DNA of 64,000 nt from Lachnospiraceae bacterium (GTDB lineage: Bacteria > Bacillota > Clostridia > Lachnospirales > Lachnospiraceae): contig JAAUZL010000024.1 of assembly GCA_014804615.1 (NCBI GenBank), positions 49,800 through 113,799 on the forward strand, given 5' to 3'. The number at the start of each line of letters is the position of its first letter. The first letter of the stretch is position 1. Shown piece after piece: positions 26,194-35,691 of the stretch. A model generated the notes under the pieces. That model made no database searches and was not told the DNA's origin. It saw only the letters and a list, made by a program, of their open reading frames with translations. Both the position numbers and the translations under genes were made by a program.

Positions 26194-26553
26194 ATGGAAT
26201 TTGGTGAATTTCTGGCTAAACTGCGTAAAGAAAGAGGCATTCTGCAAAAGGAGCTTGCCAACTATCTGAACGTGACCGTAGCAACCATATCCAATTATGA
26301 AAAGGGTGTCCACAGTCCCGACTTGAATACGCTCGTAAAACTCGCAGACTTCTATGGTGTATCCACAGACTATCTCCTCCAAAGAACCAAGTACAACGCA
26401 AGCATGGATATGCTCAATCACCGGCTGTCCATGGATTATACTTTAAGCGACCTCATAAACACAACTCTGGAGTTAGATCAACGCAATACCATTGCATTGT
26501 TAGATTATTATGAACTTCTGACGCTTCGCAATTCCATCAATCGAGTCAAATAA
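26194..26553 (+). CDS. XRE-family helix-turn-helix transcriptional regulator
   Basis: MEFGEFLAKLRKERGILQKELANYLNVTVATISNYEKGVHSPDLNTLVKLADFYGVSTDYLL. Start moved to M23, which has a GGAG RBS. Confidence 0.8.
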   Translation: MEFGEFLAKLRKERGILQKELANYLNVTVATISNYEKGVHSPDLNTLVKLADFYGVSTDYLLQRTKYNASMDMLNHRLSMDYTLSDLINTTLELDQRNTIALLDYYELLTLRNSINRVK

Positions 26554-26647
26554 TTTCACAAAAACATTATACTTTCTTCATTGACTTCTTATTTCACTCT
26601 ATTTATGATGGAAGATGGAATTAAGAAAAACACATGGAGAATATGCT

Positions 26648-27475
26648 ATGTCATCAAAAATGTCCGTTCACGAGGAAATCAAAGAACAGCATCAAAAAAC
26701 CAAAGATATGACTCTAAAGGGAAAACTCTCTTATTTTTGGTATTATTACAAGGTGCACACGATCGTAGTTATTGTTGTGCTCCTGTTTATCATAAGCTTT
26801 ATCCGGCAGTTTGTGACGAACAAGCCCTATGCTTTTTATGCCGTTTTGCTGAACGCAGATAATAATCCCGAAACCATTGATACTTCTTTTTTGTGGGAAG
26901 ATGAATTTCAAACCTATGCGGAAATCGATCCTGACTCCTATCAAGTAAATATTGACACTTCTATCACCTTATCTTCTGACGGCGATTCCCAGTATGAAGC
27001 CGCCAACCGCCAGAAAATGACTGCCATGATGCATGTGGGAGATATCCACGCTATGCTGGCGGATACGGAAAATTTTGAGAGTTATGCCCGTCTGGAGTTT
27101 TTCTATGATCTCACTTCCGTTTTTACGGCCGAGGAACTGGCTCCTTATGCGGACTATCTCTATTACACTGACGCCGCCGCTTTCGATGAGGATACCGGCG
27201 ATACATTGGAGGAGATGGAAGTCGCCGCCCAAAAGGTCTATGAACAGACAATCGATCACAGTGATCCCTCGACCATGGAAAAACCGATGGCTGTGGGCAT
27301 CCGCATCCCTGATAGCGGAAACAAACTTGCCGACTCGGGCTACTACGCCTATCTGCAGGATGGCGATGACTCCCACATCTTTCAGGGCTATCCGGTGGAA
27401 ACCGTGATCGGCATTCCAGCCTCTGTAGAAGATCCTCATGTTACGCTGAAGTTCATAGAGTATTTGATGCAATAG
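26648..27475 (+). CDS. single-pass membrane protein with acidic extracytoplasmic domain, function unknown
   Basis: TM segment YKVHTIVVIVVLLFIISFI. Start set at M12 (GGAGAA RBS). It directly follows the XRE gene. Confidence 0.5.
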   Translation: MSSKMSVHEEIKEQHQKTKDMTLKGKLSYFWYYYKVHTIVVIVVLLFIISFIRQFVTNKPYAFYAVLLNADNNPETIDTSFLWEDEFQTYAEIDPDSYQVNIDTSITLSSDGDSQYEAANRQKMTAMMHVGDIHAMLADTENFESYARLEFFYDLTSVFTAEELAPYADYLYYTDAAAFDEDTGDTLEEMEVAAQKVYEQTIDHSDPSTMEKPMAVGIRIPDSGNKLADSGYYAYLQDGDDSHIFQGYPVETVIGIPASVEDPHVTLKFIEYLMQ

Positions 27476-27488
27476 AATACCGAACAGT

Positions 27489-27520
27489 AAGGAGCTGCTA
27501 CAGCAGCTCCTTTAATATTT
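27489..27520 (+). terminator. hairpin between convergent genes (likely terminator of 26648..27475; overlaps the gatB stop)
   Basis: AAGGAGCTGC-TACA-GCAGCTCCTT is a 10-bp stem, followed by a T/A-rich tail. Confidence 0.4.
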
Positions 27521-28931
27521 GATTCACTGTGCCAGGATCCGCCTTGCCCTTCATGAGTTTCATGGTCTGTCCCACTAAAAAGCCGATGGCTTTCTCCTTA
27601 CCGTTTCGATAATCCTCCACAGACTGGGGATTCGCCGCGATTACTTCCTCTATGGTCTTTTTCAAGGCCCCTTCATCGTTGACGGTCTTTAAACCTTTCT
27701 CCTCCACGTACTGTTCCGGATCGACATCTTTTTCAAACATCACCTCGAAGACTTCCTTGGCCACCGAGCCGTTGATCACCTTTTTATCCGTTAGGGCAAT
27801 CAGCTTCGCCAGATTCTCCGGAGAAAAGCATAAATCTGTGGCGTCTACCTCCCGCTCTTTCATCAGCCGCAGGGTCTCCCCCATCAGCCAGTTAGAAACC
27901 TTTTTCGGCTGACTGCCAAGCGCCACCGTTGCCTCAAAGAAATCTGCCAGCGGCTTCTCCCCTGTAATGATCTCAATATTGTAGTCAGGAATGGCAAACT
28001 CCTCCCGATAGCGTTTCATCTTCTCCGTCCGAAATTCCGGCTGTCTTTCCCGGATCTGCGCAAGCATTTCCTCACTGACAGCGATGGGCACAAGATCCGG
28101 ATCCGGGAAATAGCGATAATCCTGAGCATCCTCCTTGCTGCGCATGGCGTAGGATTCTCCCTTCGTGTCATCCCATCTTCTGGTCTCCTGCACCACGCTC
28201 TCCCCCGCTTCCAGAAGGTCGATCTGCCGCTCCGTCTCCCCTGCAATGGCTCTGGTAATCGCCTTAAAACTGTTCAGATTCTTCATCTCTGTCCTGGTGC
28301 CGAAGGCTTCGGCCCCCGCCTCCCTGACAGAGAGATTCACGTCCGCGCGCATGGAGCCCTCCTGCAGTTTACAGTCCGAAGCGCCCAGATACTGGATCAC
28401 AAGACGCAGCTTCTCCAGATAAGCGATCACCTCCTCGGCGCTTCGCATATCCGGCTCGGAAACGATCTCAATGAGCGGCACGCCGGAGCGGTTGTAATCC
28501 ACCAGCGAGCAATCCTCCCACTCATCGTGGATCAGCTTACCTGCATCCTCCTCCATATGGATCTCGTGGATGCCCACAGTCTTTTTGCCACCCTCCGCCG
28601 TCTCGATCTCCACGCCGCCGTTTCTGCAGATCGGCAGATAGAGCTGGGATATCTGGTAATTCTGCGGATTGTCGGGATAAAAGTAGTTCTTTCTGTCAAA
28701 TTTGGCATATCTGGTTATATCGCAATTCGTGGCAAGCCCCACCGCTATGGCATATTCCAGAACCTGCTTATTCAGGACAGGCAAAGACCCCGGCATTCCC
28801 GTACAGACCGGACAGGTCTGGGTATTGGGCGCTGCACCGAAGGCGGTGGAACAGCCGCAGAATATCTTGGTCTTCGTGGCCAGCTCCACATGGACTTCCA
28901 GACCGATGACTGTCTCGTATTGTTTACTCAT
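27498..28931 (-). CDS. gatB: Asp-tRNA(Asn)/Glu-tRNA(Gln) amidotransferase subunit B
   Basis: MSKQYETVIGLEVHVEL...KIFCGCS...CPVCTGMPGSLPVLN; 477 aa. Confidence 0.95.
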   Translation of the reverse strand: MSKQYETVIGLEVHVELATKTKIFCGCSTAFGAAPNTQTCPVCTGMPGSLPVLNKQVLEYAIAVGLATNCDITRYAKFDRKNYFYPDNPQNYQISQLYLPICRNGGVEIETAEGGKKTVGIHEIHMEEDAGKLIHDEWEDCSLVDYNRSGVPLIEIVSEPDMRSAEEVIAYLEKLRLVIQYLGASDCKLQEGSMRADVNLSVREAGAEAFGTRTEMKNLNSFKAITRAIAGETERQIDLLEAGESVVQETRRWDDTKGESYAMRSKEDAQDYRYFPDPDLVPIAVSEEMLAQIRERQPEFRTEKMKRYREEFAIPDYNIEIITGEKPLADFFEATVALGSQPKKVSNWLMGETLRLMKEREVDATDLCFSPENLAKLIALTDKKVINGSVAKEVFEVMFEKDVDPEQYVEEKGLKTVNDEGALKKTIEEVIAANPQSVEDYRNGKEKAIGFLVGQTMKLMKGKADPGTVNQILKELL

Positions 28932-30369
28932 GGCGGTGTCCCTCCTGTTCGTAAGTGTATGCCGCCCGAAGCAGCTTTTTCTCCTGGAAGCAGTCCCCGA
29001 TCAGCTGTAACCCGATGGGTAATCCCTGACTGTCCTCCCCGCAGGGAACACTGATCCCCGGCAAGCCCGCCAGATTCACGGCTATCGTGTAGATATCGCC
29101 CAGATACATCTGAATCGGATCCGTCAGACTCTCGCCCAGTCTGGGCGCTGTGGTGGGCGCCACCGGTCCCAGGATCACATCATATTTTGCAAAGGCCGCA
29201 TCGAAAGCCTTCTTGATCAGCGCTTTCACTTTCAAAGCTTTCAGATAATAAGCATCGTAATATCCTGAGCTGAGCACAAAGGATCCCAGCATGATCCGGC
29301 GCTTCACCTCTTCACCAAAGCCCTCGGAGCGGGATTTTTTATACATATTGTGGAGTCCCGCGTAATCTTGAGTGCGGTAACCGTACTTGATGCCGTCAAA
29401 GCGCTCCAGATTGGAGCTGGCCTCCGCCGCCGCAATGGTGTAATAGGCCGGAATGGCGTACTCCACCAGGCTTAAGTCAAACCGCTCCACCAAAGCTCCC
29501 TTTTTCTCCAAAACCTCCGCTGCCGCCAGCACAGCTGCGCGCACTTCATCATTCAACCCCTCCCCCAGATAGTCGTTGGGGATGCCGATGCGCAGACCTG
29601 CCACATCCTCTGTCAAAGCCGAGGTAAAATCCGTATCCTCTCTGGCGACCGAAGTGGAATCTTTGGTGTCATGGGAAGCCAACGCCTCCAGCACTGCCGC
29701 ACAGTCCGCCACATCCTTCGTCAGCGGGCCGATCTGATCCAGAGAAGAGCCGTAAGCAATCAAACCGTAGCGGGACACCGTTCCATAGGTAGGCTTCATC
29801 CCCACCACGCCGCAGTAGGAGGCGGGCTGTCTGATAGAACCGCCCGTATCGGAGCCGATGGCATAGAAGCACTCCCCTGCTGCCACTGCCGCCGCAGAAC
29901 CGCCGGAGGAACCGCCCGGCACATGCTCTGTATTTCTGGGATTTTTGGTCGGGCCGTAAGCAGAGGTCTCCGTGGTGGATCCCATGGCAAACTCGTCCAT
30001 ATTGGTCTTTCCCAGAATCACAGCCCCGGCCTTTTGCAGATTTTTCAAAGCCTCCGCCGTGTAGGTGGGCACGAAGTTATGCAGGATCTTAGAAGAACAG
30101 GTGGTGAGAAGCCCCTCCGTACAGATATTGTCCTTCACCGCCATGGGAACGCCTGCAAGAGGTCCTGTCATCTCTCCCGCTTCTATCCGCTTCTGCACTG
30201 CCTTTGCCTGGGACAGCGCACCCTCCCTGTCTATTGTTACATAACAGTTGTATTTTTTATCTTCTTCCGCGATCTTCGCAAGTACAGCTTCTGTGGCTTC
30301 CACAGCAGTTGTCTTTCCCGCCCTGATTGCCGCAGACAGCCCTGTTGCAGTCATGTCGATAGTATTCAT
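28924..30369 (-). CDS. gatA: Asp-tRNA(Asn)/Glu-tRNA(Gln) amidotransferase subunit A
   Basis: Amidase signature GGSSGGSAAAVAAG. LAGVPMAVKDNI. Overlaps the gatB start. Confidence 0.95.
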   Translation of the reverse strand: MNTIDMTATGLSAAIRAGKTTAVEATEAVLAKIAEEDKKYNCYVTIDREGALSQAKAVQKRIEAGEMTGPLAGVPMAVKDNICTEGLLTTCSSKILHNFVPTYTAEALKNLQKAGAVILGKTNMDEFAMGSTTETSAYGPTKNPRNTEHVPGGSSGGSAAAVAAGECFYAIGSDTGGSIRQPASYCGVVGMKPTYGTVSRYGLIAYGSSLDQIGPLTKDVADCAAVLEALASHDTKDSTSVAREDTDFTSALTEDVAGLRIGIPNDYLGEGLNDEVRAAVLAAAEVLEKKGALVERFDLSLVEYAIPAYYTIAAAEASSNLERFDGIKYGYRTQDYAGLHNMYKKSRSEGFGEEVKRRIMLGSFVLSSGYYDAYYLKALKVKALIKKAFDAAFAKYDVILGPVAPTTAPRLGESLTDPIQMYLGDIYTIAVNLAGLPGISVPCGEDSQGLPIGLQLIGDCFQEKKLLRAAYTYEQEGHRHE

Positions 30370-30430
30370 ATAATACGCTCCTTATTCAATATCTATGGAG
30401 AATGACCGTATCGGGGTCGTTCTCACACAG

Positions 30431-30724
30431 TTAGTCGAAGGTTTTCGGCACCACAAACATCCCATCCTTCTCCTGCGGCGCATTGGATAAGAGCTGTTCT
30501 CTCTCATCCCCATTGGTTACCACATCCTTCCGAAACACATTCTGCACGGGAAATACATGGGACATGGGTTCCACCTGTGAAGTATCCAGTTCACCAAGCT
30601 TATCAATATAGTCAAGCATCCTGCCCATATCCGTCTTCGCCTGCTCTTTCTCCTCGTCAGACAATTCCAGCTTCGCGAGAATGCCCACATATTCTATTGT
30701 CTCGTCGCTTATGATATTTGCCAT
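30431..30724 (-). CDS. gatC: Asp-tRNA(Asn)/Glu-tRNA(Gln) amidotransferase subunit C
   Basis: 97 aa, with [19 protein letters not shown]...[12 protein letters not shown]. Sits between aspS and gatA. Confidence 0.9.
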   Translation of the reverse strand: MANIISDETIEYVGILAKLELSDEEKEQAKTDMGRMLDYIDKLGELDTSQVEPMSHVFPVQNVFRKDVVTNGDEREQLLSNAPQEKDGMFVVPKTFD

Positions 30725-30739
30725 AATGACCCCTCTCTT

Positions 30740-32491
30740 TTAACTTCTGATCTTAATATGCACTTCCCTAAGCTGCTGCTCCGTCACATCGCCCGGAGCG
30801 CCGCACATCAGATCCTGCGCCGAACCGCTCATGGGGAAGGCGATCACTTCACGGATATTCTCCTCACCCCGCAGAAGCATGATCATGCGGTCCACGCCGG
30901 GCGCCATGCCTGCATGGGGCGGCGCCCCAAACTGGAAAGCGTTGTACAAAGCGCCAAACTTGGTCTTTAGAGTCTCCTCATCGTAGCCCGCGATAGCGAA
31001 TGCCTTCTCCATGATCTCCATGTCATGGTTACGCACCGCACCGGAGGACAGTTCCACGCCGTTGCAGACAATATCGTACTGATAAGCCAGCACCTCCAGC
31101 GGATCTTTCGTATTGAGCGCCTCCAGGCCACCCTGAGGCATAGAAAAGGGATTGTGCGTAAAACCGATCTCTTTCGTCTCCGGGTCCCGCTCAAACATGG
31201 GGAAATCATTGATATAGCAGAAGCGATAGGCGTTCTTCTCGATCAGATCAAGCTTCTGTCCCAGTTCGGTGCGGATCTGCCCCGCATAGTAGGCCGCCCG
31301 CTCCTCCTTATCCGCAATGAAAAAGATCGTGTCGCCCGCGGCAAGCTCCGCCAGTTCAAGAAGCTCTCCCTTCTTCTCCTCCGGGATAAATTTATCGATG
31401 GGCCCCTTGTAGCTTAAATCCTCCGTCACTTCCAGATAACCCAGACCGCCCATGCCCATGTCTGTGGCAAATTTCAAAAGCTTTTCGTGGAAGCCCTTAG
31501 ACATCTCCGCATGCACCTTGATGGCCCGGACCGTCCTGCCCTGAAAAGGCTTAAAGGTACATCCCTGGAAAAATGCCGTCAGATCAATGATCCGCAGGGG
31601 ATTGCGCAGATCCGGCTTGTCGGTACCGAACTCCAGCATAGCCTGTTTGTAGCTAATGATCGGATAAGGCGCCTTGGTCACCGCAAAGCCCTCCGGCGCA
31701 AATTTCTCAAATGTTGCGGAAAGTATTTCCTCACCCACCCGGAACACATCTTCCTGGGTAGCAAAACTCATCTCGAAATCCAGCTGGTAAAACTCGCCGG
31801 GAGAACGGTCCGCTCTGGCATCCTCGTCCCGGAAACAAGGCGCGATCTGAAAATATTTATCAAAGCCCGACACCATCAAAAGCTGTTTAAACTGCTGCGG
31901 CGCCTGAGGCAGCGCATAAAACTTACCTTTATATTTTCTGGAGGGCACAATATAGTCTCTGGCTCCCTCCGGGGAGGAAGCGCACAGAATCGGCGTCTGT
32001 ATCTCCAAAAATCCCATCTCAGTCATCTTTTCCCGCAGATAAGCGATCACCTGAGAACGGAAAATGATATTGTCCTTCACTTTCTGGTTGCGCAGATCCA
32101 GATAACGGTATTTAAGCCGTACATCCTCTCTCGTCTCTTTCGAGGTCATAATCTCAAAGGGAAGCTGCTTATAAACCTTCCCCAGCACATCAACCTTGTG
32201 TGCCTCCAACTCGATAGTGCCCGTAGGGATCCTGGGATTATAGGTCTCCTCGTCCCGCTTTTCCATCATGCCTTCAATGGAGACGCTCATCTCCTTTGAC
32301 AGTCCCTCCAAAAGGGAAGTATCGCGCATGACCACCTGCAGCACACCGTACATATCCCGCAGATCCACGAAGGATACACCGCCGTGGTCTCTGATATTCT
32401 CAATCCAGCCCGCCACGCGAAGCTCCCTGCCGATGTCGCTCTCGCTGATCTCCTGTAAAGTTACGTCTCTGTAAATGTTTTTGATCGTCAT
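30740..32491 (-). CDS. aspS: aspartate--tRNA ligase (bacterial type; possibly non-discriminating given the operon context)
   Basis: 583 aa. It has an OB-fold N-terminus (RVAGWIENIRDHGGVSFVDLRD) and class II motifs (FYQIAPCFRDED, GAPPHAGMAPGVDR). Confidence 0.95.
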   Translation of the reverse strand: MTIKNIYRDVTLQEISESDIGRELRVAGWIENIRDHGGVSFVDLRDMYGVLQVVMRDTSLLEGLSKEMSVSIEGMMEKRDEETYNPRIPTGTIELEAHKVDVLGKVYKQLPFEIMTSKETREDVRLKYRYLDLRNQKVKDNIIFRSQVIAYLREKMTEMGFLEIQTPILCASSPEGARDYIVPSRKYKGKFYALPQAPQQFKQLLMVSGFDKYFQIAPCFRDEDARADRSPGEFYQLDFEMSFATQEDVFRVGEEILSATFEKFAPEGFAVTKAPYPIISYKQAMLEFGTDKPDLRNPLRIIDLTAFFQGCTFKPFQGRTVRAIKVHAEMSKGFHEKLLKFATDMGMGGLGYLEVTEDLSYKGPIDKFIPEEKKGELLELAELAAGDTIFFIADKEERAAYYAGQIRTELGQKLDLIEKNAYRFCYINDFPMFERDPETKEIGFTHNPFSMPQGGLEALNTKDPLEVLAYQYDIVCNGVELSSGAVRNHDMEIMEKAFAIAGYDEETLKTKFGALYNAFQFGAPPHAGMAPGVDRMIMLLRGEENIREVIAFPMSGSAQDLMCGAPGDVTEQQLREVHIKIRS

Positions 32492-32840
32492 AGTTATCTA
32501 CCACCTTTCTATGATGTCCCAGAAAATAGAATATCCCGGAACACATTTCTGCATTCCGGGACGGATAGTTATGATTATCCGCGGTACCACCCGCATTGGT
32601 AAGCCGGCATCTTCTATTGCATATACTACATATACCTCTTCTTACCCTCTCAAAGCACTTAACGCGTGCAACGTACCGCCCTAGCCCATTTATGACACAC
32701 ATGTCATTCCTTGATTTATCCGTCTATAAACGGGGTCGAACGATCTGCTCCGGAGTGTTCCCGTCCCTGTCTTTCACAAACAGCGCTCTCAGTCGGTGAC
32801 GCCGTATTCCTGTCGCTTCCCTCAGGGTGAGTCTCCTTCA
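32492..32840 (-). promoter_or_regulatory. T-box leader (tRNA-sensing riboswitch) of the aspS-gatCAB operon
   Basis: On the minus strand: canonical T-box AAUGCGGGUGGUACCGCGG (32579..32597), a downstream terminator hairpin, and Stem I-like elements (AGGGA bulge candidate, GGAG/CUCC helix). Confidence 0.85.
32521..32560 (-). terminator. T-box leader intrinsic terminator
   Basis: CCCGGAA-UGCAGAAAUGUG-UUCCGGG followed by AUAUUCUAUUUUCU. Its 5' arm region can alternatively pair with the T-box sequence to form the antiterminator. Confidence 0.75.
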
Positions 32841-32886
32841 CTGCATTTCCTTTTGTTTCTATTGTATACAAAAATACTCTTATACC

Positions 32887-32915
32887 TTTATACCATATTC
32901 TATGATAAAACACAA
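32887..32915 (-). promoter_or_regulatory. candidate sigma-A promoter for the T-box leader
   Basis: TTGTGT, 17 nt, TATAAA, with TG at the extended -10 position. Confidence 0.35.
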
Positions 32916-32956
32916 GCTTTGTATCGGAAAAAATACAAAGGGCATTCCGCCTACCC

Positions 32957-34177
32957 TTATACCTGCAGTTTCTTGATCCGGTCCACAGCCTCCACCGTGC
33001 TCTCATAGCTTCCGAACGCCGTCAGCCGGAAATAGGTCTCTCCGCTTGGACCGAAGCCCGAACCGGGCGTGCCTACCACATTGGCATTCTCCAGCAGATA
33101 GTCAAAGAACTCCCAGCTTGTCATACCCTTGGGCGCTTTCAGCCAGATATAGGGCGCATTGACACCGCCGGAAACAGTATACCCGGCACTCTTAAGCCCA
33201 TCCAGAATGTAAGCCGCATTCTTCATATAATATGCCACCAGCTCTTTCGTCTCCCGCTTTCCTGCTTCACTGTAAACTGCCTCGCCCGCTCTCTGAATGA
33301 TGTAGGGCGCGCCGTTGTACTTGGTGCCGTGGCGTCTTGCCCAAAGTCCATGCAGCGACACATCCCCCGCCTTAAGCTCCTTGGGGATCACGGTATAACC
33401 CAGTCGCACACCGGTAAAACCTGCATTCTTGGAGAAAGAGCGCAGTTCGATGGCGCAGGTTCTCGCCCCCTCGCACTCGTAGATAGTGTGGGGCACGTCC
33501 GGCTCGGAAATATACGCCTCATATGCCGCGTCATAGATGATGACGGAACCGTTCTTGTTGGCATAATCTACCCATTCCTGCAGCTGTGCCTTTGTGATCG
33601 TGGAGCCCGTAGGATTATTCGGGAAGCACAGATAGATCAGATCCGGCACCTCCTTCGGCAGCTCCGGTGCAAAGCCGTTCTCCGCCGTACAGGGCATATA
33701 GATCACATCGCTCCATTTTTCTGTCTTTTCATCATAGATGCCTGTCCTGCCCGCCATCGCATTGGTGTCCACATACACCGGATAGACGGGATCGCAGACC
33801 GCGATCTTATTATCCAACGCGAAAATCTCCTGAATGTTGCCGGAATCACACTTTGCCCCGTCGGAGACAAAGATCTCGTCCGCCTCGATCTGCGCGCCTC
33901 TCGCCTGATAATCATTCTCTGCAATGGCGTTCCGAAGAAACTCATATCCCAGATCCGGCGCATACCCCCGGAAGGTCTTCTCGTCAGCCATCTCATCCAC
34001 CGCGCCGTGAAGCGCACTGATGATGGCAGGCGTAAGCGGTCTTGTCACATCACCGATTCCCAGCCGGATGATCTTTTTGTCCGGGTTTGCCGCAGCGTAG
34101 GCGTTTACCTTTTTGCCAATAGTGGAAAAAAGATAGCTCCCCGGCAGTTTCAGATAATTGTCGTTTACTTTTAACAT
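32957..34177 (-). CDS. dapL: LL-diaminopimelate aminotransferase
   Basis: [27 protein letters not shown]...[10 protein letters not shown]...[15 protein letters not shown]. Start moved to M12, which has a GGAG RBS. Confidence 0.85.
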   Translation of the reverse strand: MLKVNDNYLKLPGSYLFSTIGKKVNAYAAANPDKKIIRLGIGDVTRPLTPAIISALHGAVDEMADEKTFRGYAPDLGYEFLRNAIAENDYQARGAQIEADEIFVSDGAKCDSGNIQEIFALDNKIAVCDPVYPVYVDTNAMAGRTGIYDEKTEKWSDVIYMPCTAENGFAPELPKEVPDLIYLCFPNNPTGSTITKAQLQEWVDYANKNGSVIIYDAAYEAYISEPDVPHTIYECEGARTCAIELRSFSKNAGFTGVRLGYTVIPKELKAGDVSLHGLWARRHGTKYNGAPYIIQRAGEAVYSEAGKRETKELVAYYMKNAAYILDGLKSAGYTVSGGVNAPYIWLKAPKGMTSWEFFDYLLENANVVGTPGSGFGPSGETYFRLTAFGSYESTVEAVDRIKKLQV

Positions 34178-34237
34178 CGTATTCTCCATTCCGGAGCATC
34201 CGCGCGCCAAAATGCATAGCTCCTGTTATTAAAATAT

Positions 34238-35074
34238 TTATACAATCTCGCCCTCAAATACCGTTTCCGTAGGGCCTGTCATATAGATGGTATCCGCCTC
34301 ACGATCCCATGTGATCGTGAGAGAGCCCCCCAGAAGCTCCACCGTGACAGTCTCCTCCGTCAGCCCGTTTAACACACAGGCCACCACCGTAGCGCAGGCC
34401 CCCGTGCCGCAGGCAAGCGTCTCTCCGGTGCCGCGCTCCCAAACCCGCATCCGCACCGTATTCCTGTCGATCACTTCCACAAACTCCGTATTTGTCCGCT
34501 TAGGGAACCGCTCGTGGTTCTCAAAAAAAGGACCGATCTTTTCGATAGCAAGCGACTTCACATCGTCCATAAACACTACCGCATGGGGATTTCCCATGGA
34601 AACACAGGTCATCTGATAGGTAACGCCCTGCACCTGAATGGGTTCGTCAATGGCCTGCTCGTTTTCAGAAACCACCGGCACCAGCCGCGCCGTAAGCTCC
34701 GGCGCTCCCATATCCACCTTTACTTGCTCCACTTTACCATCCCGCAAAAAGAGGGTCAAGTATTTGATCTTTCCGGCACTTATGACACTTATGTCGGTTT
34801 TATTCGTAAGGCCCTTATCGTATACAAATTTTCCCACGCAGCGGATGCCGTTTCCACACATTTCCGCCCGGGTTCCGTCCGCATTGTACATCTCCATCTC
34901 AAAATCCGCTTCCTCTGAAGGGTTGATAAAGATCACGCCGTCCCCGCCGACGCCAAAATGTCTGTCGCTTGCCCTGCGCACGAAATCCGGCTTTGCCTCC
35001 GGAGCGATCTGCTCTGCTCCTCCGTCAATATAAACATAGTCGTTGCCGCAGCCATGCATTTTCGTAAATTTCAT
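34238..35074 (-). CDS. dapF: diaminopimelate epimerase
   Basis: MKFTKMHGCGNDYVYID...MCGNGIRC...LACGTGACA (both catalytic Cys motifs). Confidence 0.9.
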   Translation of the reverse strand: MKFTKMHGCGNDYVYIDGGAEQIAPEAKPDFVRRASDRHFGVGGDGVIFINPSEEADFEMEMYNADGTRAEMCGNGIRCVGKFVYDKGLTNKTDISVISAGKIKYLTLFLRDGKVEQVKVDMGAPELTARLVPVVSENEQAIDEPIQVQGVTYQMTCVSMGNPHAVVFMDDVKSLAIEKIGPFFENHERFPKRTNTEFVEVIDRNTVRMRVWERGTGETLACGTGACATVVACVLNGLTEETVTVELLGGSLTITWDREADTIYMTGPTETVFEGEIV

Positions 35075-35102
35075 AGTTCTTTCCTCTCCCTATATCATAG
35101 CC

Positions 35103-35651
35103 TTACAGCCTCATCATAGCAAGCACCATCTGCGCCGTTTCCACCATATTCGTGCCACTGTCCATGCTGCATTTTTGCAGATAACGGTGCGCCTCTTCCT
35201 CGGACATATGATTGCGGTTCATCAAAAGTTCCTTCGCCTCCCCAAGCAGAGCCTCCTCCTCCGGACTGCGCTCCCTGGGCTGTTGCCTTGCCCGGCGTCT
35301 TCGCCGCTCGATGGCCTGGCTCATCATATCCACGGTATTGATCAGATCGTACACCTTAAAAGGCATGGCAAGGCACATGATATCATTCCCCTCGCACTCC
35401 TGCAAGACATTTGCAGAGGCTAAGAGCAGCATCTCAAACCCTTTCGGCAGGCAGGCGTGCAACTCACGATACATCATATCCGGCATCTTGTAGCTGCAGA
35501 TCACAATGCCATCGCCAAGATCATCCATCGTACTCAGCGCCTGGGATGCGGTAGTGCACACACCGCTTACCCGGAATCCGTTTTTCATAAGCAGATTGCG
35601 GATACTGCGAGCGTCCTCGGGCTTTGGCAGAACTACAATAATATGAATCAC
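35103..35651 (-). CDS. ANTAR-domain RNA-binding antiterminator with a degenerate (pseudo-)receiver domain
   Basis: The C-terminal EAKELLMNRNHMSEEEAHRYLQKCSMDSGTNMVETAQMV is an ANTAR motif. The N-terminal receiver-like fold lacks the acidic pocket: no DD near the N-terminus, and CSYKMPDM sits where D-x-x-MP is expected. Confidence 0.8.
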   Translation of the reverse strand: MIHIIVVLPKPEDARSIRNLLMKNGFRVSGVCTTASQALSTMDDLGDGIVICSYKMPDMMYRELHACLPKGFEMLLLASANVLQECEGNDIMCLAMPFKVYDLINTVDMMSQAIERRRRRARQQPRERSPEEEALLGEAKELLMNRNHMSEEEAHRYLQKCSMDSGTNMVETAQMVLAMMRL

Positions 35652-35691
35652 ACGCTCACCTCCCTTCGCTCACATTTGATATCATACGTTA

